This document shows positions 10,721 through 18,853 of a stretch of DNA of 64,000 nucleotides, piece after piece. Source of the DNA: Candidatus Caenarcanales bacterium. GTDB taxonomy: Bacteria > Cyanobacteriota > Vampirovibrionia > 2-02-FULL-35-15. The translations under genes were made by a program, and so were the position numbers. The stretch lies in the NCBI GenBank assembly GCA_020050435.1, contig JAGVKQ010000019.1, positions 33,644-97,643 of the forward strand. The letters are read 5' to 3'. Under the pieces are notes generated by a model, which was not told the origin of the DNA, ran no database searches, and saw only the letters and a program-made list of their open reading frames with translations. Numbering within the stretch: position 1 is the stretch's first letter; every line of letters begins with the position of its first letter.

Positions 10721-11128
10721 ATGACAAAAGATAGCAATGTTGACACTATAAAAATTTTAATCATAGAAGATAATGAAAGTGATGCCGTATTGGTTCAGCA
10801 TTTATTAGAGAGTCCAGAAAACAGTAAATTTAAATGCTCATCAGCAGAGTCAATTTTAGAAAGTATAGAACTACTAAAAAAAGAATCTTTTGATCTTGTA
10901 ATATTAGATTTAAATTTACCTGATGGTAAGGGCTTTAATACGTTTTCACAAATAAAAGAATTAGTTCCTGATCTTCCAATTCTGATTCTTAGTGGATCTA
11001 CCATGAAAAGGGAAGAGTTTAGACATTGTTTAGATAGTGCTGAGAATTATTTAGTCAAAGGATATCTTGATAGTGCAACATTAACTGAAACTATTATGAA
11101 AGCTTTAAATGAAAAGAAAAGTATTTAA
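10721..11128 (+). CDS. Single-domain response regulator
   Basis: ILIIEDNESD, LDLNLPDG, YLVKG. Confidence 0.88.
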   Translation: MTKDSNVDTIKILIIEDNESDAVLVQHLLESPENSKFKCSSAESILESIELLKKESFDLVILDLNLPDGKGFNTFSQIKELVPDLPILILSGSTMKREEFRHCLDSAENYLVKGYLDSATLTETIMKALNEKKSI

Positions 11129-11144
11129 AAATAATTTTATAAGT

Positions 11145-11591
11145 TTAATGAATACTTGCTGGGTTTGAAGCTTGTATACCTAATCTTTTTATAGTTCTAT
11201 AATGATGATTTATTATAATTGCATTACGAGCATCCATGAATGCTTCTTTTAAATCTTCTTTTTGAATACTGATGCCTGTTTCTAAATACTGAGCAACTTT
11301 TTCTAATTCTTCACTTGATTTGTTTAAAAGTTCTTCTCCTTCAATTGTTGTATTTAAAGAATCTTTTTTTACAAGTGCTAATGCTTTTCTTGTTTCTTTA
11401 GATGCAAGCTTCATGTCATTATTCAGGAAGTTTTCACTTGCTTCATTTGAGTACTCCTCAAAAGCATTCAACAAAGTTACTTCCTCTAACTTATTTACTT
11501 TAATAGGGGGAATTTGCATTTGAGCAAATGCATTACCTGTTGTAAAAACTGAAAGGGCTAATGATATTGCTATAAACCTTATACTATTCAT
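11145..11591 (-). CDS. Secreted YfdX-like helical protein
   Basis: Signal peptide; ASENFL..D.K.AS.E.RKA...L.KS.EELE..A pattern; paralog at 25365-25703. Confidence 0.55.
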   Translation of the reverse strand: MNSIRFIAISLALSVFTTGNAFAQMQIPPIKVNKLEEVTLLNAFEEYSNEASENFLNNDMKLASKETRKALALVKKDSLNTTIEGEELLNKSSEELEKVAQYLETGISIQKEDLKEAFMDARNAIIINHHYRTIKRLGIQASNPASIH

Positions 11592-11609
11592 TTTTATTCT
11601 TTTATTCCT

Positions 11610-12575
11610 TTATTCATTTATAAGAATTAATTTAGTGCCACTGTTTAATATTGCTTCATCTCCTTTAGAAAGAAGAGCAGCAGCAGCACCTATTCCGCCA
11701 CCAATTGCAGCACCTGACCATGCACCACGTCCCGGCATTCCACCAGCTATAGCACCTACTGCTGTTCCTAATGCAGCGCCAGTTCCAGCACCAATTGCAG
11801 TTTGTCCAAGACCCTTTGCTACTCTTTCAGCACCACTAGCTCCTTTGATGTTATAAGTGGCACCTATAGGATAATTACCATTAGGAGTTTTTATATTTGT
11901 GAATCTAATACCTAGTGATCCAGGATTTCCTATTTTAAATCTTCTAGCAGGCACACTAGTAATCACACTACCAGTTAATACACCGCCTGTTGGAATGATA
12001 ATACCTGAGGCTACAACAACAGGAGAACTAAGAGAGGCTCTTACAGAATCTCCTACCATACTCACGGCAGAGCTTAAAGTAGTTTCTAAATTAGTATCTA
12101 ACCTTGCACCAGCTGGTACATAAACAGTTCTTGCAATAACAGCATTCTGAGTCACGGTACCTGTTTCAGTTACAGATGTTGTTGTAATTTGTGAATATCC
12201 TTCAGGAATAGCTTGTGCAGGAATTGCTTTTGGTTGTACATAACTTGTACTTGGAGCAACTGGTTTTTTATATGTTGTCATTGTCGAAGCTGGTTTAGTA
12301 GGTGTATTTTGTTTACTAGGTACTTGTACATTATTTGCTACTGTTGGATTTTGATTTTCTAAAAGAGGTAAATCAGATACAATCTCTTGTTTAAAAGTTT
12401 TATTCATATAGATATTTTGTCCAATAATAACTAAAAGTAAAATTGCTACTACTCCAATTGATATAACCATTAGCTTATTTGACTTAGGCTTGCTTGCCCT
12501 TGTTCTTTCATGTGTAGAGGTAGATGAAGAACCGTTTTCAGTGTTTTTTTGATCGTTGTGTGTGTATATTGGCAT
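11610..12575 (-). CDS. Membrane-anchored protein with VirB10/TrbI-like beta domain and glycine zipper
   Basis: TM segment, P/T-rich linker, VPAGARLDTNLETTLSS..VGD, IGAGTGAALGTAVGAIAGG; GAGGAG RBS before ATG 12575. Confidence 0.65.
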   Translation of the reverse strand: MPIYTHNDQKNTENGSSSTSTHERTRASKPKSNKLMVISIGVVAILLLVIIGQNIYMNKTFKQEIVSDLPLLENQNPTVANNVQVPSKQNTPTKPASTMTTYKKPVAPSTSYVQPKAIPAQAIPEGYSQITTTSVTETGTVTQNAVIARTVYVPAGARLDTNLETTLSSAVSMVGDSVRASLSSPVVVASGIIIPTGGVLTGSVITSVPARRFKIGNPGSLGIRFTNIKTPNGNYPIGATYNIKGASGAERVAKGLGQTAIGAGTGAALGTAVGAIAGGMPGRGAWSGAAIGGGIGAAAALLSKGDEAILNSGTKLILINE

Positions 12576-12608
12576 AGTATAACTCCTCATTTATTTATTG
12601 ATAAACCA

Positions 12609-12702
12609 AGCATAATCTATTTGCAAGTAATTAAAATCCACCTAAAGATATCCAAAAGAATGATCTATTCTCCTATATTTATTACGAGTGTAAAGCTATC
12701 TT
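12609..12702. promoter_or_regulatory. Divergent promoter pair sharing box 12648-12664
   Basis: Minus strand ATCATTCTTTTGGATAT with TATGCT 50 bp on; plus strand TATCTT at 12697. Confidence 0.65.
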
Positions 12703-12750
12703 TAATGGTAAATTTAATTGTAGGTAGTAATAGAGAAACGGAGCAAAAAT

Positions 12751-12903
12751 ATGCTTGAAACTATTGCAATTATATTGTTAGTTATGTGGTTACTAGGCTT
12801 AGTTTCCTCATATACTATTGGCGGACTTATTCATGTCCTTTTTGTTATTGCACTTGTGTTATTTTTACTTAGGATTATTCAGGGACAAAATCCCCTTAAG
12901 TAA
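12751..12903 (+). CDS. lmo0937-family small membrane protein, copy 1 (50 aa, absent from ORF track)
   Basis: MLETIAIILLVMWLLGLVSSYTIGGLIHVLFVIALVLFLLRIIQGQNPLK; GGAG RBS. Confidence 0.92.
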   Translation: MLETIAIILLVMWLLGLVSSYTIGGLIHVLFVIALVLFLLRIIQGQNPLK

Positions 12904-12924
12904 AAAGCCTTTCTTGTGTAAAAT

Positions 12925-13224
12925 TTACTTTAAACGAGCAAGCGCTGAATCAAATCCATGTTTAAGTTCAGTACATGCTTTATCAACACTATTTTTTAAT
13001 TCTTCATAGGCTTCTGCTCCAGAAGTTTTTAGTTCTTCCACTTTTTTCATAACTACAATTTTCTTTGATTCTAATTCTTCTAATTCTTTTTGGTAGTTTA
13101 TTTTTGCATCTGCTGTAGCATTTTGAGTTTTTGCTTTTAATAAATTAATTTCAGCATCCCATTGATTGAGCTGAGCTTCAATTTTCCCATGATATTTTTC
13201 TTGATAGTCATTTTTTAAACTCAT
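12925..13224 (-). CDS. sll1863-like coiled-coil stress protein
   Basis: KIEAQLNQWDAEINLLKAK...ADAKINY...SGAEAYEELK.SVDKA..ELK.GFDSA; AAGGAG RBS. Confidence 0.8.
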   Translation of the reverse strand: MSLKNDYQEKYHGKIEAQLNQWDAEINLLKAKTQNATADAKINYQKELEELESKKIVVMKKVEELKTSGAEAYEELKNSVDKACTELKHGFDSALARLK

Positions 13225-13253
13225 AAATATTCTCCTTTATTAACTGATAAGTA

Positions 13254-13337
13254 AGCATAGTCTATTTATAAGCAATTGAAATCCTTCCAAAGATAACCAA
13301 AAGGAGGATGTATTCATTATGTATATAAAGCTATTCT
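13254..13337. promoter_or_regulatory. Divergent promoter pair sharing box 13293-13309
   Basis: Minus strand ATCCTCCTTTTGGTTAT with TATGCT 50 bp on; plus strand TATTCT at 13332. Confidence 0.65.
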
Positions 13338-13372
13338 TAAAGTTAGGCAGTTGATATTAAAGGGAGAAAAAT

Positions 13373-13525
13373 ATGCTTGAAACTATTGCAATTGTTTTGT
13401 TGGTTATGTGGATTCTAGGATTGGTTTCCTCATACACTATTGGTGGACTTATTCATATCCTTTTTGTTATTGCAGTTGTGTTATTCTTACTTAGAATTAT
13501 TCAAGGACGAAGCCCCATTAAATAA
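13373..13525 (+). CDS. lmo0937-family small membrane protein, copy 2 (50 aa, absent from ORF track)
   Basis: MLETIAIVLLVMWILGLVSSYTIGGLIHILFVIAVVLFLLRIIQGRSPIK; GGGAG RBS. Confidence 0.92.
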   Translation: MLETIAIVLLVMWILGLVSSYTIGGLIHILFVIAVVLFLLRIIQGRSPIK

Positions 13526-13558
13526 ACTGCTTACTTCTTAAAGTTATTGAAATCTAAA

Positions 13559-13594
13559 ATGTAGTTATATCTTAAGTATAGCTACATTTTTTTT
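13559..13594 (+). terminator. Intrinsic terminator
   Basis: ATGTAGTTATA...TATAGCTACAT hairpin followed by T run. Confidence 0.65.
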
Positions 13595-13662
13595 ATGCTT
13601 AAACATTGAAAAGCACCGATCTAAGTTAAAGACCAGTGCTTACAATTTTTTATGCTGAGAAA

Positions 13663-13686
13663 AGACGCGATTAATCGCATCTCTAG
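13663..13686 (-). repeat. GTAG-type REP-like palindrome starting at the stop codon of the ice-binding gene
   Basis: Minus strand cTAGAGATGCGATTAATCGCGTCT. Confidence 0.55.
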
Positions 13687-15245
13687 GGCTTCGTAATGAT
13701 ATTAGAGTCTAATGAAACTGCTCCAATTCTTGTCAATGCTCTGCCGTCTAATGTTGCACCGGTCTGAAATGTAATTGATTGATCAGCTAATATATTTCCC
13801 TTGAAAGCAGAAGTTGTCCCAATGGTTGCTGAAGTACCAACTTGCCAATAAATATTAGAAGCCATAGCACCACCACTCAGGATGACCTGGCGGGCTGGTG
13901 TTGTAGTAAGTGTAGATGCTATTTGGAAAACGAAGACAGCATTTCCATCACCCATTGCATCAAGAGTTAAATCTCCTCCTGAAATTGCAAGTGTAGATGT
14001 GGATTTATAAAGACCAGGAGCAAGTGTTTGCCCACCTAGATTTCCAGATACAGTAATGGGAGCCGTTGATCGTCCAGCAGCCTCATTGTATGCAGTAGTT
14101 AAATCAAGTTTAGCTTGGGTACTAGTAGCATCGTTTATATGTTGAGTACCATTTACACTTCCCGGTGGAAATCCAGTTACAGCACTTCCTGGACTTAATC
14201 CAAGATCACCATTAATGATGGTAGGACCAGTGTTTGTAACAGTAGAGCCAGCTAAAATTGCAAAAGTAGAGCCCGCAGCTCCAAGATCTATCGTTGCTTG
14301 TTGTGAGCCGCTTGAAGTACCTCCTGAAGAGGAAGAGGAAGAACTAGAACTAGAAGATGTACCACCTGAAGATGAGGATGAACTGGTGGAAGATGTACTC
14401 CCTGAAGAAGAAGTAGAACTACTTGATGAAGAGGTTGATCCACTTGAAGTACTGCTTGAAGATGTAGAAGAAGAAGTTGTTATTATTGTTGTGTTACCAG
14501 TTGTAAAATTCCATACAAAGTCACTTGCTAATGGATTCCCTGCAAGATCTTTAACTTGATTTGTAATTGTTGCAGTGAAATTAGAATTAGCTGGAAGATT
14601 GCTTGTAGGATGAAAAGTTGCAATGGTGCCATAGTAAGTTACAGTACCTGGAATAGATGTTGTTCCTTGTTTTAATGTAAATGTTGTTGCATTAATAGTT
14701 AAAGGATCTATAGCTTCACTAAATGATACGCCAAAATTTCTGTTAGTAGCTATATTTGCAGAACCACTACTAGGACTTACAAGTTGTACTGTGGGGGAGA
14801 TGGAGTCAATGTTTAATTTTGGACCTGTTCTGAAAGTCCACACATAATCGTTTTCCATTGCATTGCCATGTGTATCTTTTACGTTTGGTCCAGTAGTAGT
14901 GTCACCTTTAATTGTGACTGTGTATTGGACATCCTTTATAAGAGGTTGTTTTGGTCTGAAGATTAATTTTTTGTTCTTTGTAGAGTAGCGTATTTTTCCT
15001 AAAACTTGTGTTGTAGTACCTTCTTGGAGTACGATAAATGTTCTTTTATTAAACTTTAAAGGGTTCATTTGTTCACTAAAAGTCACTTTAATTTTTTGAT
15101 TAATTTCTATATTAGTTTCTCCACTAGCTGGAATTGTTAAAACTACTGTAGGTGCAGTTTGGTCTTTGCCTAATGCAATTAATGGACTACTTGTTGTAGA
15201 AATTAGAACAACTAATAACATTAATGCAATTATCTTTTTGTACAT
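13683..15245 (-). CDS. Ice-binding-like protein: signal peptide, two Ig-like (Big_5) domains, Ser-rich linker, DUF3494
   Basis: FAILAGSTVTNTGPTIINGDLGLSPGSAVTGFPPG, LAPGLY, LTLDA.GD.NAVFVFQI, NIYWQVGTSATIG; APTV...FSE.M...F..RT Ig-like repeats. Confidence 0.92.
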   Translation of the reverse strand: MYKKIIALMLLVVLISTTSSPLIALGKDQTAPTVVLTIPASGETNIEINQKIKVTFSEQMNPLKFNKRTFIVLQEGTTTQVLGKIRYSTKNKKLIFRPKQPLIKDVQYTVTIKGDTTTGPNVKDTHGNAMENDYVWTFRTGPKLNIDSISPTVQLVSPSSGSANIATNRNFGVSFSEAIDPLTINATTFTLKQGTTSIPGTVTYYGTIATFHPTSNLPANSNFTATITNQVKDLAGNPLASDFVWNFTTGNTTIITTSSSTSSSSTSSGSTSSSSSSTSSSGSTSSTSSSSSSGGTSSSSSSSSSSSGGTSSGSQQATIDLGAAGSTFAILAGSTVTNTGPTIINGDLGLSPGSAVTGFPPGSVNGTQHINDATSTQAKLDLTTAYNEAAGRSTAPITVSGNLGGQTLAPGLYKSTSTLAISGGDLTLDAMGDGNAVFVFQIASTLTTTPARQVILSGGAMASNIYWQVGTSATIGTTSAFKGNILADQSITFQTGATLDGRALTRIGAVSLDSNIITKP

Positions 15246-15306
15246 TTTTATTTATTTCCTTATTGATTGTTATTGTGACTCTTTGTATGTGTCATCAATA
15301 ATAGTA

Positions 15307-15429
15307 ATTGTCTGTTCTTTATTAAATAAAGATATCCATCCAAAGATAATCAAAAGGATGATCTTTAGAATTTAAAGAGATTAACCATCCTTTAGTTCAA
15401 TATCTATTTCAAATAAATAGAACTAAGCT
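15307..15429. promoter_or_regulatory. Two back-to-back boxes (15346-15362 minus; 15384-15400 plus) with -10 GACAAT (50 bp) and TAAGCT (40 bp)
   Basis: Direct sequence match to the box family. Confidence 0.7.
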
Positions 15430-15462
15430 TACTCGACTAAACAAATTAAAGGAGTCAGAATA

Positions 15463-16530
15463 ATGGACAAGACAAAAAAAATAATTGCAATTGCAATGTT
15501 GATGAGTGTTTTAAATTTCTCATCTGCATTTGCAAACAATGGAAATCATGGAAAAAATAACGGTAATCCTAACAGTCCGCAATGTTCTAGTGGTGAAGCA
15601 CAGTGCCCCGCAGGTAGGGTTCCACAATGTATGGGAAATGATGCTATGAGTATAGTTACATGCTCTAGTAATGAAGAAAGAGCTAAATGCTGTGACACTA
15701 ATGGTAAATGTACTTCAGAAAGAATTTCATGTTTAAAGATCCCTGATGGGTATTGCCCATGTTCTCTTCCTTCAGGAGTTTCTTCAACTAATTTAGCTTT
15801 TTATGTAGATGCAATGAATATTGATGGTTCAGGATTCAACTCTGCAGACTCTAATGATAGAACAACTATTTGGGATGACTTAAGTGGAAATGCTACTGAT
15901 GGACTATTAACAAATTTCACCTTCCAAGATTTAAATACGGGTTGGGAAGGTGCAAACAGAGTTTGTAATCCTTCTGATCTAGAATTTGATGGGGTAAATG
16001 ATTTTGTTAATATTGGAAATCCAGATTCATTAAATATTCCAGGCAATGAAACAATAGCCTTATGGGTTAAATTTAAAGATCCATCTAACCTTTCATCCTT
16101 ATTTAGTGATTTTGACGCAAATAAAAATATAACTCAAGGAAATCTTAGAGTTGGAAATAATGGATCAACAATTGGATACACTCAAACACATACTGATGGA
16201 ACTACATTAAGTTTTGATGGTTCTGATTCATTATCTGCTAACACTTGGTATAACATTGCATTAATAAGAAATGATAACTCAAAAACAATTCAACTATATT
16301 TAAATGGGCAGCCATATGGTAACTCACAAAACTATGTTGGAAAAACTATTGTTTCGAGTAATTTAGGAAATAAGGCTATAGGGCGTGCTGGAAGTTTTGA
16401 TGGAAACTATTTTAATGGAAAAATTGCAAATGTAAGAGTTTATAATGCTGCTTTAACAGGAAATCAGGTTAATATAAACTACAATGCAGAAGTCAATAAT
16501 TTCCAAAATCCTACTCCATCGTGTCCGTAA
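15463..16530 (+). CDS. Secreted protein, Cys-rich N-terminal domain plus LamG/concanavalin-like domain
   Basis: WDDLSGNATDGLL, FDGVNDFVNIG, LSANTWYNIAL, LYLNG, FNGKIANVRVYNAALT. Confidence 0.85.
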   Translation: MDKTKKIIAIAMLMSVLNFSSAFANNGNHGKNNGNPNSPQCSSGEAQCPAGRVPQCMGNDAMSIVTCSSNEERAKCCDTNGKCTSERISCLKIPDGYCPCSLPSGVSSTNLAFYVDAMNIDGSGFNSADSNDRTTIWDDLSGNATDGLLTNFTFQDLNTGWEGANRVCNPSDLEFDGVNDFVNIGNPDSLNIPGNETIALWVKFKDPSNLSSLFSDFDANKNITQGNLRVGNNGSTIGYTQTHTDGTTLSFDGSDSLSANTWYNIALIRNDNSKTIQLYLNGQPYGNSQNYVGKTIVSSNLGNKAIGRAGSFDGNYFNGKIANVRVYNAALTGNQVNINYNAEVNNFQNPTPSCP

Positions 16531-16572
16531 CTCATGAATTAAATTGATTGAAATCATTTGATTAATTAACTT

Positions 16573-16613
16573 AAAGCAACACTTAAAGATTTTCTTGAGT
16601 GTTGCTTTTTTTT
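16573..16613 (+). terminator. Intrinsic terminator
   Basis: AAAGCAACACTTAA...TTGAGTGTTGCTTT followed by T run. Confidence 0.75.
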
Positions 16614-16619
16614 ATGAAA

Positions 16620-16693
16620 ACAACCAAAAGGATGATCTAGAAAATAAACCATCCTTTAGTTCAATATCTATTTCAAGCTAATACAGTTAAGCT
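16620..16693 (+). promoter_or_regulatory. Boxes 16620-16636 (minus) and 16648-16664 (plus) with -10 TAAGCT at 16688
   Basis: AACCATCCTTTAGTTCAATATCTATTT identical to 15383 and 17252 copies. Confidence 0.7.
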
Positions 16694-16723
16694 TAATTAA
16701 TTAAAATAAATTGAGGAATTAAC

Positions 16724-17227
16724 ATGATGAAAAAAAATTGTACTTATTTGTTATTAGCATTTGTTCTTTCGTTGGGAGTAAGCTTTGTAAGTATAGGAAG
16801 TAATAAAGCTCTAGGACAAACAGTAGTTTTGAGTGACAAATTCTCAGGTGTCTGGACAGCAAAAGTAAATAGGACTGTTAGTGTAAACGGAGTAATAGTG
16901 AGAGAAGGTACTCGCACTATTCATCTAAGACTATGTTCAAAGAATGGAGAAATAAAGGGTATTGTAGCTCACCCAGGATTTTTTACAAAAGCTCTTATAA
17001 TTAACCAGAATGTAATATCTGATAAAGAAGTAGATGTAGATGTTAGAGATAGAAGAGGCAGAACAGCGACATTAAGACTTTCTTTGGTAGATGATCTTAA
17101 GTTGAATGGCTCTTTCTCAAATGGTGTCAACTTTGAATCTACTAAAAAATCTAACTTTAATCTTTGTGAAGCATTTAGAACATGCAACTTAAATGATTTG
17201 TTTAATACTAAAGAATTTAATGACTAA
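16724..17227 (+). CDS. Secreted hypothetical beta-rich protein
   Basis: Signal peptide, GAGG RBS, box promoter. Confidence 0.65.
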   Translation: MMKKNCTYLLLAFVLSLGVSFVSIGSNKALGQTVVLSDKFSGVWTAKVNRTVSVNGVIVREGTRTIHLRLCSKNGEIKGIVAHPGFFTKALIINQNVISDKEVDVDVRDRRGRTATLRLSLVDDLKLNGSFSNGVNFESTKKSNFNLCEAFRTCNLNDLFNTKEFND

Positions 17228-17252
17228 AGATAGTTGCTTTGCTAAAGGATAA

Positions 17253-17298
17253 ACCATCCTTTAGTTCAATATCTATTTAAAGTTAATAGAGTTAAGCT
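17253..17298 (+). promoter_or_regulatory. Box 17253-17269 with -10 TAAGCT at 17293
   Basis: Same 27-bp block as at 15383 and 16647. Confidence 0.7.
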
Positions 17299-17331
17299 TA
17301 ATGGATAAAATAAATTAAGGGAGTTAATATC

Positions 17332-17823
17332 ATGGATAAGACAAAAAAAATAGTTACAATGGCAATGTTGATAAGTGTTTTAAGTTGTTCTCAGTCACAA
17401 GCATATACAGGTAATATGGATTGGGATAATTTTAAAGCAAAGGCTGCTGCTGGTGAAACTACAAGAAAAAATTTCATAGGTGGAAATAACCTAAAGTATG
17501 AATGCAAATATAACCATAATAAAGATGGAGTATGTAAAAAATTCTATAAAAATGGGCATGTAGCAAAGGAATCAACATCTTCAAATAATGGACAAAATGT
17601 TACATATAGAACCTTTTTTGAAAATGGTGGAATAGCTAGTGAAAGTCGCTACATTGATAGTCTAAGAAATGGAAAGTTTAAACAATTCTACTGGAGTTCA
17701 GCTTCAGCATTATCTTATAGACAACCATCTTCAGAATCATCTTATAAGGATGGCTATAGACATGGTGTATCAAAAACATTCTCACCAAATGGTGCTCTTA
17801 CCTGGTCACAAAATTATAATTAA
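17332..17823 (+). CDS. Secreted MORN-variant repeat protein (YwqK-like repeats)
   Basis: KDGVCKKFYKNG, YRTFFENG, RNGKFKQFY, RHGVSKTFSPNG repeats; signal peptide. Confidence 0.7.
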   Translation: MDKTKKIVTMAMLISVLSCSQSQAYTGNMDWDNFKAKAAAGETTRKNFIGGNNLKYECKYNHNKDGVCKKFYKNGHVAKESTSSNNGQNVTYRTFFENGGIASESRYIDSLRNGKFKQFYWSSASALSYRQPSSESSYKDGYRHGVSKTFSPNGALTWSQNYN

Positions 17824-17826
17824 TGA

Positions 17827-17849
17827 GTAGGGGCAGATACAATCTGCCC
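17827..17849 (+). repeat. GTAG-tagged REP-like hairpin
   Basis: GTAG-GGGCAGAT-ACA-ATCTGCCC, 3 bp after a stop codon. Confidence 0.65.
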
Positions 17850-17920
17850 TCTCTTGTTATAAAAAACACTGGAGGATTATTTACTTAGTTCTCCAATATT
17901 TTATTGTTTAATTTGCGATA

Positions 17921-18096
17921 TGTCATTCTGAGCCCTTCATTACATTCAGGGTAAACTCTAGCGAAGAATCCACTAACGTAAGTAGATTCTTCGTTCGCTT
18001 CGCTCACTCAGAATGACAACCTGCGCTGGTTGGATTGCTTCGGGCTAAAGCCCTCGCAATGACAATAGGATTCCCTGATCAAGCCAGTGAATGACA
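17921..18096. repeat. Cluster of YGTC-tagged (CGTC-family-like) palindromic repeats
   Basis: TGTCATTCTGAG (17921) ... CTCAGAATGACA (18018) with inner GAAGAATC/GATTCTTC; two further units GGATT...AATGACA at 18032-18064 and 18068-18096. Confidence 0.75.
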
Positions 18097-18110
18097 TCAC
18101 CTCAGAGTCT

Positions 18111-18551
18111 TTACTTACACCTTACATCACTACTTAATTCTTTAAGCATATTCATCATGCATTGATCATCAAATTTAACCATAGAGTAAAGATTGCTAAT
18201 TGAAACAATTCCAACAAGCTCTCCATCTTTTTCTACAGGTAATCTTCTGTAGCCATTAGCACCCATTATGTCTAATGCTTCTTTGCAAGTAGTCTCTGGG
18301 GAGATTGTCATTGGCCACTTTATCATTATATCTTTAACAGTTGTTGTAGAAGGATCTCTTTCATATGCAATAGCTCTGATTACAATTTGCCTGTCCGTTA
18401 CAAAACCTAAAAGTTTTTTATGCCCATCTGATACCAGTACAGAGCCAACATTTTCTTCATTCATAAACTTTGCTATTTTATAAAGAGTTGTTTCTAGTCC
18501 TACTGTTACAGGATTTATTTCCATTACTTGACTTACGTTTGTTGTTAACAT
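18111..18551 (-). CDS. CBS-pair domain protein
   Basis: VGSVLV...GFVTDRQIVIR; YRRLPVEKDGELVGIVS. Confidence 0.9.
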   Translation of the reverse strand: MLTTNVSQVMEINPVTVGLETTLYKIAKFMNEENVGSVLVSDGHKKLLGFVTDRQIVIRAIAYERDPSTTTVKDIMIKWPMTISPETTCKEALDIMGANGYRRLPVEKDGELVGIVSISNLYSMVKFDDQCMMNMLKELSSDVRCK

Positions 18552-18771
18552 TATGTTTTTATTTCCTTTTGAAAAAAAATATTAAATTCTTTCTCTTTAT
18601 AAAGGTAAGTATGCTCTTTATTTGTTACCTTTATACGTTTATCTACCTAAACAATCTATTGAAAGTATCATTTACATTTGTGAAGCGTAAAGCCTCATGA
18701 TGTTTTTGCATTGTTAGTTGCCCATAGTTCCGTAAAGCAATAGCTTTAAACAAAATAAAAATCTTTAATGA

Positions 18772-18788
18772 ATCATCTTTAGGATGAT
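18772..18788. promoter_or_regulatory. Most symmetric copy of the box, upstream of the HK/NarL-type RR pair
   Basis: AATCATC-TTTAG-GATGATT perfect 7-5-7 inverted repeat (18771-18789). Confidence 0.7.
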
Positions 18789-18853
18789 TATTAATAAGAG
18801 CCCCGCAAATCATTTGTATTTAATCATGTAAGTCAGGTACTTTAAATGAATAA

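Noticed and set aside
14215-14559. Glu-rich 114-aa plus-strand ORF
   Set aside because: Antisense shadow of the Ser-rich linker of the ice-binding gene
15383-17280. Three identical 27-bp blocks as a possible CRISPR array
   Set aside because: Separated by whole genes (0.6-1.3 kb), no cas genes, fixed distance to -10 elements; better explained as promoters
17332-17823. YwqK-like antitoxin of a toxin-antitoxin pair
   Set aside because: Has a signal peptide and no adjacent toxin; the repeats are generic MORN variants
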